From assembly GCF_026210795.1 (NCBI RefSeq), contig NC_089430.1, forward strand, positions 4,960,001-5,024,000: a stretch of 64,000 nt of DNA. The letters are read 5' to 3'. Shown one piece after another: positions 19,317-34,519 of the stretch; position 1 is the stretch's first letter, and each line of letters opens with the position of its first letter. The notes beneath the pieces are model-generated. The model ran no database searches. It was not told where the DNA came from and saw only the letters and a list, made by a program, of their open reading frames with translations. This DNA comes from Rhizophagus irregularis (taxonomy: Eukaryota). Both the position numbers and the translations under genes were made by a program.

Positions 19317-22300
19317 ATGTCTAAAAGAAAGTGCAATACATACCAATTAAACAATCCTTTGAGACTTCGCCATAGATATTCACATATTCCTTTACAGAAT
19401 AGAAATGAAAATTTTACTAATGATTTATCTCGCAATAATACTATAATAAATATTTTACCACCACAAAGTTATATCACTCATAAAAGTAACACTTCAAACG
19501 AAATTATTGAACAAGATGATGATAATGAAGTAAACCTAGATAACACAGGAGACTAATATGATAATATGACAGAAAGCGATGAAGGTAGTTATGATAGCAC
19601 TGATAGTGGTTATGATAATACAACAGAAGACGATGAAAATTATGATAACACAGATGATGAATATATTGGCGATTATGAACATAGAGAAAACACCTATGAT
19701 GATACAGAAGAACAAGCTAATATTGAACAGAATGAGAATGATAAACAAATTGTTGACGAAGCTTTGGATCCTTCAATCCTTCTGCATGAATTTTCTGATT
19801 TTTTACCTTATTTTAATAATGCAACTGAAGCTTTATTATTTTGTTGGATACAAAAGCATAATATATGAAAGTATATATATATATATTTAATAATAATGAA
19901 ACTTATATAAAGTCTCATTAGTTATTTATTTATTTATTAGCAACTAATGCATATGATGATCTTGTAAGTATTATTAATGATCCACGGTTTAAAAGAGAGG
20001 AAGTGGTAACAAATATACGATGATTTCGGCAGAGGAGGCAACGATTACCACTCTCAACAATATTTGCAAAGCCAGTATCAATCTCTTCAAAAAAATCACC
20101 ATCGACTTCTAAAGCTTGCAAATTAGCATACCATCTGTCAATAAGCGATATCATATGGTACGTTTTAAATAATCCAGCAATTATGAAACATATGTATTTC
20201 GGACCAGGAATTGACATCGGTAAAAAGTTGGAATTTTGGCATGGATCTCTATGGGCAGAATCTCCACTTTTGAACAAGAAGATATTATCATTTCGCAAGG
20301 TATGATAGATAAAATCATTAACAAAATTAATCATTATCATATTTAATTAACTATTTATTAGTGAAATATCGTACTGGAAGTTTTATATATTATCAGTCAA
20401 GTATTCAGAAGTTAGGATTTCTTAGATCAATACAACGCGATGAAGAAAATAAAATAATACTCAAAATCCAACAGCTTGTTTTTTATGAAGAATTACCTGG
20501 TATCTTTAAGGGAATTAGCAGACAGCAAAGAGCAAATTCTGGTGAGGTATAGATGCTTGATGAAAATTTTATAACCATTAATCCTTCATCAGTTCTTAGA
20601 AAGGCAACAGTTAAATTACCATATTTGAACCAATCTCTTACACCTGGTGAACTTAATGTAAAAGAAATTATTTACAAATATAAAAACCACTGGCGAATTA
20701 GAGATATAAATATGTCCTACTTACACCCTGCACATTATATTTCAACAAATAATTCACCAACTTCCTCCTTACCCGTATACAAATTATTTTTGGATATGTA
20801 TTATGACAATTTTGGTACATATCGTAACGTCTACCATTCATTAGGTGGCGTATATATTCAATTTGGGAATATGCCTGCTAACCTTCGTAAATTGGTTAAG
20901 AATCATTTTGTAATCAGTTTTGTGCCATTTGGTGGCAGCTTTGGCGAATTTATACTTCCATTTGTTAAAGAACTCAAGGAATTTGAAAAGGGTAAGGTAA
21001 TGAGTGTGCAAGGACAGGAAGCGTGGGTTGTTGCGGGTTTAGGAGTAGTGACTGCTAATTTGCCGCAAGGCAATGATTTAGCAGGAGTATTAAGACATGG
21101 AGCGAATAAAGGATGTTGTACGTGTTCTATCAACAAGGATTTAGCTTTGCTGTCTCGATACAAGCAAATAACAGATTTGGAATCTGTTCAAATTAACAAT
21201 GAATTTACAATGTCCAGGAAGAAGCAGATGAGCCCTGAATATGGATTACGAATCAAGCAAAGTATTTTGGATGAATTAAAACGTGAAAAACACCTTCAAA
21301 CTCCTCAGGATATTTACCATACAACTGCTGGTAAAATTGGGAGACTTGTAAAGATTACAGTAAGTTTGTTATCACAAGAAGGAGTGACAGCTTTTCTGGA
21401 AACGTGGAAGAATTTTGAGAAACCTTCTGTATGGTGTCGTTTACCTAATCCGATCAGTCATCATGAAAGTTTCATGATGTCTGATTATCTGCATTTGGCG
21501 ATGATTATGCCATTTATTCTTCATCGCTTTTTGAAGCCTTTACATTTAAAAAGCAATGAATTGAAAATTATACAGCAATGAATAGGTGCTCAACGAAGAG
21601 ATTATGTGCCTAAAGCTATCATAAAATGTTGGGTTTATGTAGCAAAAATGATGAAATTAGTTTTTGAAAGGGATTATACAGAAGAAAAATATGATGAATT
21701 AAAGCGATGTCTTGAAGCTGAAATGGCTATTTTGACAAAGGTAATCATTGCATAAACCAATCAGAATGCTCTATTTGTGCAACAAATAATGGTTTGAACA
21801 GTTTCCATTGTCTGGTATGTTATTATTAATGATTTACTAACAAATAAATTATTATAGGTTTTTGAAGAATTTGTCAATCTACCTAATCTTCACATTAATT
21901 TTCATCTTTGCCTCCATGCTCGCACATACGCAACATTAAGAAATACTCAAGTAGGAATAAAAGAAACAGTACACAAGATATTTAAATCAATGGTACCAAA
22001 TACCAATTGCAAAGAAGTAGATTTGGATCTATTGAAACGTTATAATACAAGTTTTGCAATTCGGCATCTCACAGATGGTGGAATAGATAAAAGATTTTCA
22101 CGATCTCATGATGGATACACTGGATTAAAAAAGAGTGCCTGTGAAAAGTTATTCAACAATTGGTTTGTTACCGAAGATAGACTATTTGATGAAACAGACT
22201 ATACCGATGAGGCAACGGGTAAAATATAATTTTACTATTATTGTTTAGTTATATAATCTTTAAAAAATTTTTCCTTTTAGTTCAATTATCAATGGGCAAC

Positions 22301-22400
22301 TTTTATAACATTCACTTAAAGAAAAGAATTTCTTTGAAGAATATCAAAGAATTCGTCAAGTTTTTTCCATCAGATAGTCATTTTAAAACCGAATTAATTT
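19317..22400 (+). pseudogene. CACTA/Plavaka-like transposase, multi-exon, several nonsense mutations
   Basis: EFWHGSLWAESP; LDMYYDNFGTYRNVYHSLGGVYIQFGNMP; GVVTANLPQGNDLAG; GCCTC; QDIYH; NLPNLH; expected acidic catalytic positions appear as N. Confidence 0.75.
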
Positions 22401-22833
22401 TTATACGAAAGATATATTAATATATATATATTTAATATTTTTTTTTTTAAAAGAAAAATTTATATTTAATTTTATTATAATATTTAAAAAATTACTGTTG
22501 ATCCTGTCGCCGATTAAACAGTTATTGGTGAATGAAATAATTGTGCGTCCATAATCTTTTCGTACTAGGATAAAAATAATAAAATTTATCTACCTCCATA
22601 TTTTAGTTTTTAAGAAATTTTTATTTAATGAATAAATTCATATACAGTAGTAATTATAAATAAATGGATAAATATAAGTATGTAAATGCAAATAATTGGA
22701 TAAAATATATATAAGTTTAAAAATATAAACTATTTAACGCTACGCCTAATTTTTTAAGATATGCTAGCGTTGGAAAATTAAATGAAAGAAAAAAATTTCC
22801 TTGAAAATATGCAAAATTCACCGTAACAAAATA

Positions 22834-25800
22834 TTAAAGAATATTTTGGTCTTTGTTTTTGCTATTTTGATCTAAAAGAAAAAAAAATGCAGTATATTAT
22901 TAAGTACAAATAAAAAAGGCGGTTATTATAAAGTTAAAAATTTACCATCTTCGTCAATGTTCAATTGAGAAATATCAATTTGTAAAGATATAGACGCTAT
23001 TAATAAATAAAACATTATTAGTATTGGTTAATTTGTATACTTCCTTCTTTATTAATTCAATACCTGAGGATTCCAAATTATTTATATGTTTATAATGATC
23101 ATCAGAATTTTTTGTTTCGGGAAGATTTGGTCGAGAAATATCAATTTGAAGGGATTCTAATTATTAAAAAAATTCAGTATTTATTATAATTAATTTGAAT
23201 ATTCTTTTATTAATCAATACCTGGAAATTCCGTACTAATTATATCATCATAATGGATATTAGAATTTTTTGGTTCATGAAGATTATTATCGTTAATTTTC
23301 AGTCGAGGAATATCAATTTGTAAAGACACTATTTAACAAATAAAGATATATTAGTATATTTTACAGTTAATTCAATCATTCTTTTATTAGTCAATACCTG
23401 AAGATTTCATGCTAATTATATCATCATTTTGTTCATCATAATAATCGTCACAATTTTTTGATTTTGGAAGATTATAAAAATTGAGTAATCTACTTGTGTA
23501 AACAGCTCCTGAATGTGTTTTATATGATAATTTTAAACCGGTCGAAGGTATATCATTAGTTTGTAAATTATTATTAAATTCATTTGCTTCTTTAATTTGT
23601 TTATATAATTCTGTATTATGATATTTTGCTTCTATATTCCATTTATATAAAATTTCTTTAATTTCTTTTGCTGTTGGTCGCTTTAATGGGCTTGCATCTA
23701 AACATCTTTTAATTAAACGCACAATTAATTGGGGTACTTTAATATCATTGAACCTTGGTCTGAGTCCTTGACAAATCTTCATTGCTAAATATTCATCATG
23801 GCTTAAATTATAGTATGGAGGTAATCCAGAAATAAATTCATACATGATTATACCAAGACTATATATATCAGCAATATCGGTATAATTATGCTCTTGTAGG
23901 ATTTCAGGAGCTATATAAGGTAAAATACCATATACACTATTTTTTGTATTTCCTGCTATATTGCAATCTGTAGGTTTGCATAACCCCATGTCAGCTATTC
24001 TAGCTAGATGAAATATTAATATATTGCCACTATGTAAATCTCGATGAATTAATCCATTTTTATGAATATCTGCAAGTCCGCTTGCAATACCATATAAATA
24101 ATTAATCTTATCAGTCAAACTTAATTTATCATTTGTAACTAAATAATGTCGTAAACTTCCACTTTTTGCATAATCCAAAACCATAATATAATTATTTGTC
24201 ACTGGATCTTGAGATAATCCATAAAGTTTGATAATATAATTCCCCAAATTTACTTTAAGATGTGATGCAATCTAAAATTAAAATAAATATATTAGGAAAA
24301 ATCAAATATCTCAAAATTTCATTATGTAACAAAATAATTTCACCTCATTAATAAATTCCAACGTAACATTTTTTGAATCATTTAAGATTTTCAGAGCCAC
24401 AAACATGTTTTTATTTTTTCTTTTCCAATTTTGATTTTCATCATCCCATTCATCTATGCATCCGTCAATCCAATTTGCTACATAGACACTGCCAAATCCA
24501 CCTTTTGCAATATATTTAATATTATAAAATCTATCATATGGTATCCATTCTAATGCATGGTATGTATGATAACTATGATCTGATAGCTGAGAATCTTTAA
24601 TTAATTTGTCGATATTATTATTACCACTAGTCCAATTTTCAATATCTCGTTGAAAATGAACCACATTACATGCACGTTTACATTTTTCACATGCATCATC
24701 TAAAACCACCATATAGTATTTTGTTTCTGGATCTTGAGTAATTCCATAGAATTTATGGTGTGCCATAATCTACAAATATAATTAATTAATAAAATTACAC
24801 TTCGTTAAAATTCCTAAAATTCCATTAAATAATTTATTATTATACCTCATTAAATTCCAATGTAACATTCTTTAAATTATTTAAACTTTTCAGAATTACA
24901 AATTTATTTTGATCCCTTCTCCAATTTTGATTATAGCTATCCCAGTTGTCAATACATCCATCAATCCAATTTGCCCTAAATACTTTGCAAAACTTGTCTT
25001 TTACAATACATGTAATACCATAAAATCTATCACAAGGTATCCATTCTAATGCATTACAAGTATAATAACTATGATCTGACAACTGAGAATCTTGAATTAA
25101 TTTATCAATATCACTATTACCACTAGTCCAATTTTCAGAATTTCTTTGAAAATAAATCACATTACATGCACGTTTACATTTTTCACACACATCATCTAAA
25201 ACCATCATATAATATTTTGTTTTTGGATCTTGAGTAATTCCATAAAATTTGTGGTTTGCTGTAATCTACGATATAATTGATTAGTAAAAGTCATATTTCT
25301 TTAAAGTTCAACAAAATAATTTTTATACCTCATCAAATTCTAATGTGATAATATTTGAAATATTTAAACTTTTCAGAATTACAAATGTATTTTGATCTTT
25401 TCTCCTCCAATTTCGATTATAGATATTCCAGTTATCTATACATCCATCAATCCAATTTGCTCTATGCACTTTGTAGGACTCACCTTTTGCAATATTTTTA
25501 ATATTATAAAATCTACCATAAGGTATCCATTCTAATGCATGAGACGTAGAATCATTATGATCTGACATCTGAGAATCTTGAATTAATTTATTAATATCAT
25601 TATTACCACTAGTCCAATTTTCAAAATTTCTTTGAAAATGTATCACATTACATGCATGATTACATTTTTCACAAACATCATCTAAAACCATCATATAGTA
25701 TTTTGTTTCTGGATCTTGAGTAATTCCAAAAAGTTTATGGTTTGCTATAATCTACAATGTAATGAATTAGTAAAAGTATATTTCTTTAAAATTCAGCAAA

Positions 25801-27200
25801 ATAATTATTATACCTCATTAAATTCTAATGTGATAATATTTGAAATATTTAAACTTTTTAGAATTACAAATGTATTTTGATCTTTTCTTCTCCAATTTTG
25901 ATTATAGATATTCCAGTTATCTATACATCCATCAATCCAATTTGCTCTATGCACTTTGTAGGACTCACCTTTTGCAATATTTTTAATATTATAAAATCTA
26001 TCATAAGGTATCCATTCTAATGCGTGAGATATAGAATCATTATGATCTGAGATCTGAGAATCTTGAATGAACTTATCAATATAATTATTGCCACTTGTCC
26101 AACTTTTGAAATTTTGCAAAAAATACATTGCATTACATATATCTTTACATTCTTTGCATATTTCGTTCCAAACCACCATATAATTTTCTGTTTCTGGATC
26201 TTGAGTTATTCCATAAACTTCATGATATATTGCGATCTATAATTATAATATATTAACATAATACAAAATAAAATTTAAAGTCTCAATAATTTAATAAGTT
26301 CATACCTCATTAAATTCTAATAAAATATTATTTGAAATATTTAAACTTTTCAGAATCACAAACATATTTTGATCTGTTCTTCTCCATTCTAGAGTATAAC
26401 TATCCCAGTTATCTATATATCCATCAATCCAATTTGCTTTACACACTTCATCAAACCCACTTTTTGCAAAATATTTTATATTATAAAATCTATCATAAGG
26501 TATCCATTCCAATGCATTTCTTATTTCATGATTTGTATGTGCCAATAGTTGAGAATTTTGAATTAATTTATCAATATTATTATTACCACTAGTCCAATTT
26601 TTAAAATCCAGTTGAAAATGTATCACATTGCATACATCATTACATGTTTCACATATGTTACATATGTTATATAAAATCACCATATAAGTTTCTGTTTCTG
26701 GATTTTGAGTTATTCCATAAAATTTATGGCTTGCTGTAATCTATAAATAAGTTAGTAACGTTATACTTTATTAAAATTTCATAAAATATCTTGTTATATT
26801 ATACCTTATTAAATTCCAGTGTAACATTTTTTGAATCACTTAAACTTTTCAGAATTACAAATTTATTTTGATTTTTTCTTCTCCAATTATTATTAGTTTT
26901 ATCCCATTTATCTATACATCCATCAATCCAATTTGCTCCATATATTTTGCAAAATTTGTCTTTTGAAATACATTTAACATTATAAAGTCTGTCATAAGGT
27001 ATCCATTCTAACACATCCTTTATATTTTTATGAGTTGACAGTTGAGTATCTCGAATTAATTTATCAATATCAGTATTACCACTAGTCCAATTTTCAAAAT
27101 CCCGTTTAAAATATATCACATTACATATATTATTACATTCCTTACATTTTTTTTCATTAACATATAATGTCTTAGTTAATTTCTTGACAAAAGTATTCAT
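22834..27200 (-). CDS. TKL protein kinase K1 with 6 tandem N-lobe repeat exons, a catalytic exon and 3 tail mini-exons; appears intact
   Basis: Repeated WTSGN..IDK..EWIPY..ANWIDG units; last has GGFG/VALK; HRDLHSGN, DMG, APE; GT-AG introns keep frame. Confidence 0.88.
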
Positions 27201-29504
27201 TGAGACTAAAATATAGAATAATAATTAAAGAGTGACTGAAAACAATGTTTTATTCCTTAATATTGTCGTACCTGTTTCACAAATAATGTGGTGGGTTTTA
27301 CGACAGATCACTTGAATTTGATGATCGGCATGAACATTTCCTTTTGAATATTTGCGTAACATCTCGTGACGACGTATCCAGACTGGCACTAATCCTTTCA
27401 GGCATAATGTCGCCCGGCTTTATCCAGAAAGGTAACGCGAATTCATTAAATTTGTTAAAAATGATAATTCAGAATCGGATTATTTATGATATAAACCTTG
27501 CTTGGTAGTATTAAGAATTATTTGAGAACTGGTATAGAATTTGTATCATAGGATGAAATCGATGATTTATATTAGAAGAATCATTTTTTTTTTAGAAAAA
27601 AAAGACAATATTTGAAAGAAAAGTCAATATATATTGGATGTAAATATATTTTATTTATTTTATTTTATATTCTGAAGGTTACATATTCGAATTTACAAAA
27701 AAGTAAGTTACATATCAAAGTTAAAATAATAACTTTGTCAAAGTAACCTATATAAGTTAATAGTTGACCTATCTTTCGTAGACTTTAACGGACCTGAAAA
27801 ATTTATCGCGACAATTGTGGTATGAGTGTCAGGATTTTGAACTTTTAGGAATATGATTGTGAGCGTCGGGCTTGTTGTTACAACGGGATTCTGATTTGAA
27901 TAGCTTCCGCAGTGATAACATTATCCCGAAATGTGGAAACGGCTGAAAAAAAAAATGTGACTAATAATAATAAAAACTTAACCTTTTCCGTTAGCATCAC
28001 AAAAAAAATCCTATCATAGCCGGAATTGGATTACACAAAATTTTTGCGGATTGACTATCGGAACGTGCACAATACAATCAAACTATTCTAACCATAACAA
28101 ACACGGAATAGATCACATCCTGGGTTTCCGCATGTTACACAATTCAAATTATATTATACAACGCCTAATCTAAATATCACCAAATTTTTTTCGTTATTTA
28201 TATAAGGGAAAGTTTTTTTTTTAAAAAGGAATAATTTTGCTTTTCATTATAACCTAACAAATAATTTCATTTTTATATAATTTATTATCCTTCCTTAATA
28301 AATTATTGTGTGAGATAATTTTATATTATTTATTTGTTTTTGCATTTAATTTGCTTTTGGTTGCTTTCTCGTGTTTTTGGTATTTTTTTTTTATAATTGA
28401 TCGAAAAATCATCTAATACACTAATTTGAGACCGGTAATAATATTAATTATTTGGACTTTTTAATTTGAAGAAAAGAATTAAGAGTAATTAAATTTATTT
28501 CTTAAAACTACTGATCACAAGAATTTGATTCTTTAAATTCATGGAGCCTATCGAGCCGTATGAAATTCAACACTTCGGAAAATAAAAAAGTCTAGTTTAT
28601 TACAAAGGCTCAGTAACCTCAGTTTAATAAATATACTATAACTATGGAGGGTTTAATGTATCAAAATAATAATTTAAAAGTTACACAATTAGTGCATAAT
28701 CACATTGATGTGTTTGTAAAGCAAGACTCTGATGGGAACAACCACATTTTGTTGCTGTGGAAGTTGATTTTTTCACGTTCTTTTTAAATAAGCGTGCGTA
28801 AATTAAATTGCTAAACGAGTTAAATTATGTTATAAATTATTGTGGCCATCTCATTTTTGGTAAAGTAAACTTCATTTATTATACAGAATAATAAGCACGG
28901 CAGGTTTATACTATTACTACTGTAATACGTCTGATTAAAGCGAGATGAACTAATAACATATTAACAAATCCGGATTTAACTCATACATCATGGAAAAAGA
29001 ATTTTAATGCACTAAATGATTTATAATAAAAATTTTTTAATAAATTATTATGAGAAATTATGTATGTTATTATATATCATTCAAATGTATAACAGATAAT
29101 AAATTTGTAGAATTAATTTGTTTAGGACCTCTAAAATCAGAAATACTAAATTATCAAATAAACTTTCTAAATTGTCTGGATATCCGGATTAACGGATAAA
29201 TGAGATATCCGGATGGATAAAGCCGAAAGTAATTAGCCGTAAGACCGCAACGTTATCCGGCTCAGGCGTAGATCATCATCGTGGAATTCCAGGGATTTCT
29301 GCGATTAAACCGGCCCGTATGATCGGCAATCAGGAATTCGGCTCCGTTTTTGGAAGGACTCTACGCAACACTTATGTCGTGCATGCGTAAATCGGAAAAT
29401 GTAAACCGAAAAAAAAAAATTTCAAACATTCAGCTTTTTCTGCTGTTGAGTTGCACATTTTTATTAACCACTTAATAAAGTTTTCTAAATTTATCTATTG
29501 AACT

Positions 29505-30943
29505 ATGGATGACCCAATTGAATATTATGGGAAATGTGAAGAATGTAAACAAGAAAATACTGGAGATAAATACTGTAAAGCATGTAATGTAAAACATTTT
29601 CAACAAAATTTTAAGAATTGGACTAGTGGTAATAACGATATTGACAAATTTATTCAAGACACTCAACTAACAGCGAATTTTTATGATCAAGTATTAGAGT
29701 GGATACCTTACGATAAATTATATAATATTAATTATATTTCAAAAGACGGTTTTGGAAAAGTGTATAGAGCAAAATGGATTGATGGATATATTAATCGTTG
29801 GGATAACATAAATGAAAATTGGGAACGATTTAATTCCAATGGGTTTGTGACTCTAAAAAGTTTAAACAATTCAGAAAATGTTACATTAGAATTTATCAAT
29901 GAGGTATTACCTAATTTCTTAATTTAATGAAATTTATAAATGCGATTTTTACTAACGGATTTTTAAAACGTATATTTAGTAGATAATAATGCACCTTAAA
30001 ACTAGAATGCCCGGCAAAAATCTTATTGTTAGAGTTTATGGAATTACACAAGACCCAGAAGCAAAAAATTACATGATGGTTTTGAGTTATGCGGAAAATG
30101 GAAGTTTGCGAAATGATTTAGATAGAAATTATTATGAATTAACTTGGGAGGCTAAGCTAAAATATTTATTGCATATTACACTAGGACTTCAGAGTATTCA
30201 TGAAAATGAACTAATTCATCGAGATTTACATATTGGAAATATACTTAGTTTTGGAAATAAAAGTTTTGAAAATCAAGTTATGGTAACTGGTATGGGATTA
30301 TGTAAACCTGCAATATTGGAAAATACAAAAAACAGTATATATGGAGTTTTACCTTATGTTGCTCCTGAAGTTTTAAGAGGACAAAATTATACTAAAGCTG
30401 CTGATATTTATAGTTTTGGTATAATTATGTATGAAGTAATTTCTGGACTACCTCCATACCATGATGTAAGCCATGACAAAAATTTAGCAATAAAAATTTG
30501 TCAAGGACTTAGACCTAGATTTAGTAATATTAAAGTACCTTAATTGATTGTGAATTTAATCAAAAGATGCTTGGATGCAAATCCATTAAATCGACCTACG
30601 GCAAATGAAGTCCAAAAAGTTTTACGTCAATGGATTTATGGGACTTATGACGATCGATCAGAAATAGAAAAACAAATAAAAGAAGCAGAAGAATTCAGTA
30701 ATAGTTTACCAACTAGCAGTGTGTCATATGAAACACATCCTGAAGCTATTTATATAAGCAGGTTACTTAATTTTAATAATCTTCCAGAACCAAAAAATTC
30801 AGATGATTATTATGATGAACAAAATGATAATATAATTAGTGAAAAATCTTCAGGTAAATACTGTAATAATTTTGTATGAATTAAATTTAAAAATACTAAT
30901 ATCTTTATTTCATTAAATAGTTTCTTTCTCAATTGGTAATTAA
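29505..30943 (+). pseudogene. TKL kinase K2 (single N-lobe unit) with premature TAA at 30541-30543 and DMG changed to GMG
   Basis: HRDLHIGN and APE present; VTGMG lacks the Mg-binding Asp; stop where paralogs encode Q in VPQLIV. Confidence 0.85.
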
Positions 30944-33737
30944 AGATAATGTTGGTACGTATATATTTCAATTTCAATTTATTTTAAGAAATAATTTGAT
31001 AGTTAAACTCATTTTATCTCTTATATTACAAGCAAAATCAAAGATTAATTAGTTTATTAAATTAGTTGGTTATCAATCTTTTGAATTATTTATTTAAATT
31101 ACGTTAAAGTTACATTCTTTTACTTAACATTTATATTATCTCTTTGTTTTTATTATTGTACAATTAAAATTCTATAATGTTTTTGAATGATAGGATAATT
31201 CGATAAAAATTTGGCATCATATTATGTTAAATTGAAATAAGTTTTACAATCACTTTATTTTCACGATTAAATTATTTCGAAATTTTTATTTTGAAAGTTT
31301 TTTTGCTATAACGAATTATTAATTTTCAATAAACATGGATTTTAATAAATTTTTTTTATTTACTTAAGAGAAAATTGTATGTTTTTTTAATTTAACTTTG
31401 TAGAATGACGACGTGTCCATCAAAATTTAGTAAAGAATCCATTAAAAAAACTTGACATCACCTTAACTTCCAATCATCGACTGTCTTCTATGGCTTAACT
31501 GGAGCCATTTTTAGAAATCTGTTTTTAAAACGTAGTGAACACAACAAACCCTTTTCAAATACATCTCCAGACTACATTTTATCCTGATCTTTAGGTATAA
31601 TGAATAAGTGATCTCAACTAAATATCCTTATATGAAATTAATGCGCGACTTATTTGATCATGACGATATTAAAAATATTACAATAAAAGGTAAATTCGAA
31701 TATTTTCATATCTGTAAGTTTTATTCCGTTTTCAAAAGGGTGTAGTACTACAATATCATGTATCATGGTGTGATTTCCCAGATTTCCTGATAAATATGGT
31801 CGTTGCAGCCTACCAGGAACAGTAAATAAAACCTAATTTCGAAATTTTTATGAAAATTTAAAGGCTTTTATATATAAAAATTTTTTAGCACGCTGCCAGT
31901 ATATAGTGATGTCGTATACACAATACAATATATCTTCAGTATAATCATCGTGCTTATGTTATCATAAATCATGTGTTTTTCAGAAGCAATTGAAAAAACT
32001 TAGTCGTTGATTGACATGAATTTTAACCAAAAAAGTTATTCATTTTACATTCGCGCACATAAACTTTATCGAACCATTATTCTTAAGGCTATTATCCTAT
32101 AAAATATCATGACGTATTATTAGTTGATCAAAGAGTTTAATTTAAACCGAAACTTGCGAGTATAATTTCAAATTTGATTAACCAAAAAAAATCCTTTACC
32201 GAAAATTTCATTAATATAAATTTTATAAAAATTATAAATATTTTTTACTTGAAATTTTGATGTAAAACAATATATTTTTTTCGAAATTCTAACGCTTCTC
32301 TTTAGTCTTCATAGGACGTAAGTATATTAACAATTTATTCCATTATCCAAAGTGCCTAAACAATGATATTTTTTACTAATTCGCTATGATTTTTCATAGT
32401 GATATTTCGATAAGCATGAAAATATCAACATTAAGTCAGTAGATATAACTAAAAAAATTTGGTTGATATTTCTGCGCCTGATCTATACCGTATTTATAAT
32501 AGTAGAATCATTTGATTGGCTATCAGGGTCATTTTTTTTGCAAAAAAAAGTCTAGATGTCTTAGTTTTTCCTTTAATGGTTAGACCATAAATTAGCTTTA
32601 GTCTTTTTTAGGAGTGGGCAGATAGGGAAGACGATTTATTTTTTATTTTATATCCGACTTTAATTTTAATATTTATGTGATGAATTTTGTTTCAAATGTT
32701 TACAAATAAATATGAATAATTATGCTATATTTACAAAAAATATATGTGAAATTACTGATCATTTAGTTTTTTTCCCTAAATAAACATAATGTTTATTATT
32801 ATTATAAATTGAATTTTGCATTTTGCATTAATATTTGGTATAACTAAAATATTAATTAGGAAAGATATAAATGTTTGATATTTAGAATTTTTGGTGGTAT
32901 TTTTTTTTCTAATTTAAAAAAAAATTCTTTACTAAAATGAACTTTAATACTGCGATACTTTCGCATGTCTTTAATGTGACTACTATATTTTAAGTGATAA
33001 TAGCGATTTCAGTCACACCGATCTTGGTAGACCGTTATTTCAGTAAAAGGCTGGGATTAAAATATTAATATGTATATAAGTATATAAAGAACACGTTAAT
33101 TATTTAAAAAATTATAAAAAAAAAAGCTGATAATCTTATAGTTTTAAAAACATAATTATTTATAATAAAGTTTAGATCGTATCTGAATATTCAATTGGAT
33201 GGACCCGGGTATTTTTTTTTTGAATAATTGTTCGTACGACATAGTTTTTATTTGGAGAAATATCTGATTAAAAATATCTGGTTAAACACAAATTTCATAT
33301 CATTAGCTAATTATTTTCTTTTTTTCATCGTTTCTTTAAAAAAAATAAATGTATATATACATTGTAATTTAATTAAATAAGATCAATGATCTCAGGTATT
33401 ATTCTTAATAATTGAATTATTGAATTTCTTTCCAAATATGAAATTTCGTAAATACACGTATTGGACTGTTTGTTATAACCAAAAGCTCACCTTTTCTTTA
33501 TCTTTGCGCTGTAATACTTGTACGGGTTGTTAAAGGTTGTGGCGTATTTGCCGTAAAGTTGTAACTTTATACCGTAACCTTCCTTCACAATTGTTGAAAA
33601 TGGTTCTAATATCAAGAATAGTATCTAAAAGAGGTTTGAGAATATAGATGATTTCAAAAAAATAATATAAGGAAGATTGTGCCGAGAAATATGAATATAT
33701 AAAGAACAAACTTTTAAAACACGTATAAAAATTCGTT

Positions 33738-33778
33738 CATAGTAATCATCAGAATTTTTTGGTTCAGGAAGATTACTA
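33738..33778 (-). pseudogene. Isolated kinase 3' fragment (NLPEPKNSDDYY)
   Basis: catagtaatcatcagaattttttggttcaggaagatt matches the tail of the kinase catalytic exons. Confidence 0.55.
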
Positions 33779-34420
33779 TAGTTAAGTATTCATCTGTTAC
33801 TGTTTTGCTAAAATAAAGTGATTAAAAAACACATTCCATCTAAGAACACTGAAAAAAGTACCAAAAAAGAAAAATAACGAAACTTTAGTAAATGTTTCGT
33901 CAAAGAATAATCAAAAAAATAACTCCTCCTACCAAATTTCTACGCGTCCAAATATTCTGAAGAACCAACCGACTACAAAAGAAAAAAAAAGAAATGTTGG
34001 TAAAGTTCATTAAAATAAAATTGGAAGAAAAAACAAAGATCATGTATGAGTCACATTTATTACATCAATTAATAAGTTATTTAACCTAAACTAGTAATAT
34101 ATGATGACTAAATGTAAAGCAAGAAAGAGCTCTTAATATTTGAACTAAATATAATATGAAGGATTTACTTAAATGTAATATGAATCGTAAAATTTTATTT
34201 TTTGAATGAAGTATATTGCGCAAAAAACAAAAGATGATCAGCAATCGTATGATATATTACCAATCAACTAGTGTACCCTTGGATTTTGCCGGATACCTAA
34301 AGATAGCTTGTTATATTTGGAATGAAATTTGATCGGGCTCCTGCGGAGCCCGGATCAACCAATTGTCATGTCGGCGATCATCATGTGCCACTCCGAAATT
34401 GATCGATGTTGCAAATGTTT

Positions 34421-34519
34421 AACATGATTAACATGTCGGACATAATTAATATGCCGAACATGATTAACATGTCGAACCTGATTAACATGTTGGTTATGAT
34501 CAACGTATTGAACATGATA
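34421..34519 (+). repeat. 18-bp minisatellite (AACATGATTAACATGTCG) x~5-6, next to a GC hairpin
   Basis: Read directly; hairpin gggctcc-tgc-ggagccc at 34335-34351. Confidence 0.8.

Larger units (their letters stand above)
15156..22400 (+). mobile_element. Degenerate CACTA/EnSpm-Plavaka-like (CMC) DNA transposon, apparently 3' truncated
   Basis: CACTA at 15156 (alternative CCC start at 15165), subterminal AATGTAATG repeats, two accessory multi-exon genes then a transposase; no matching 3' terminus seen. Confidence 0.65.

Noticed and set aside
24311..27200. Treating each ~125-aa kinase-like ORF as a separate gene
   Set aside because: Each is bounded by in-frame AG/GT splice sites and only one catalytic exon exists per array
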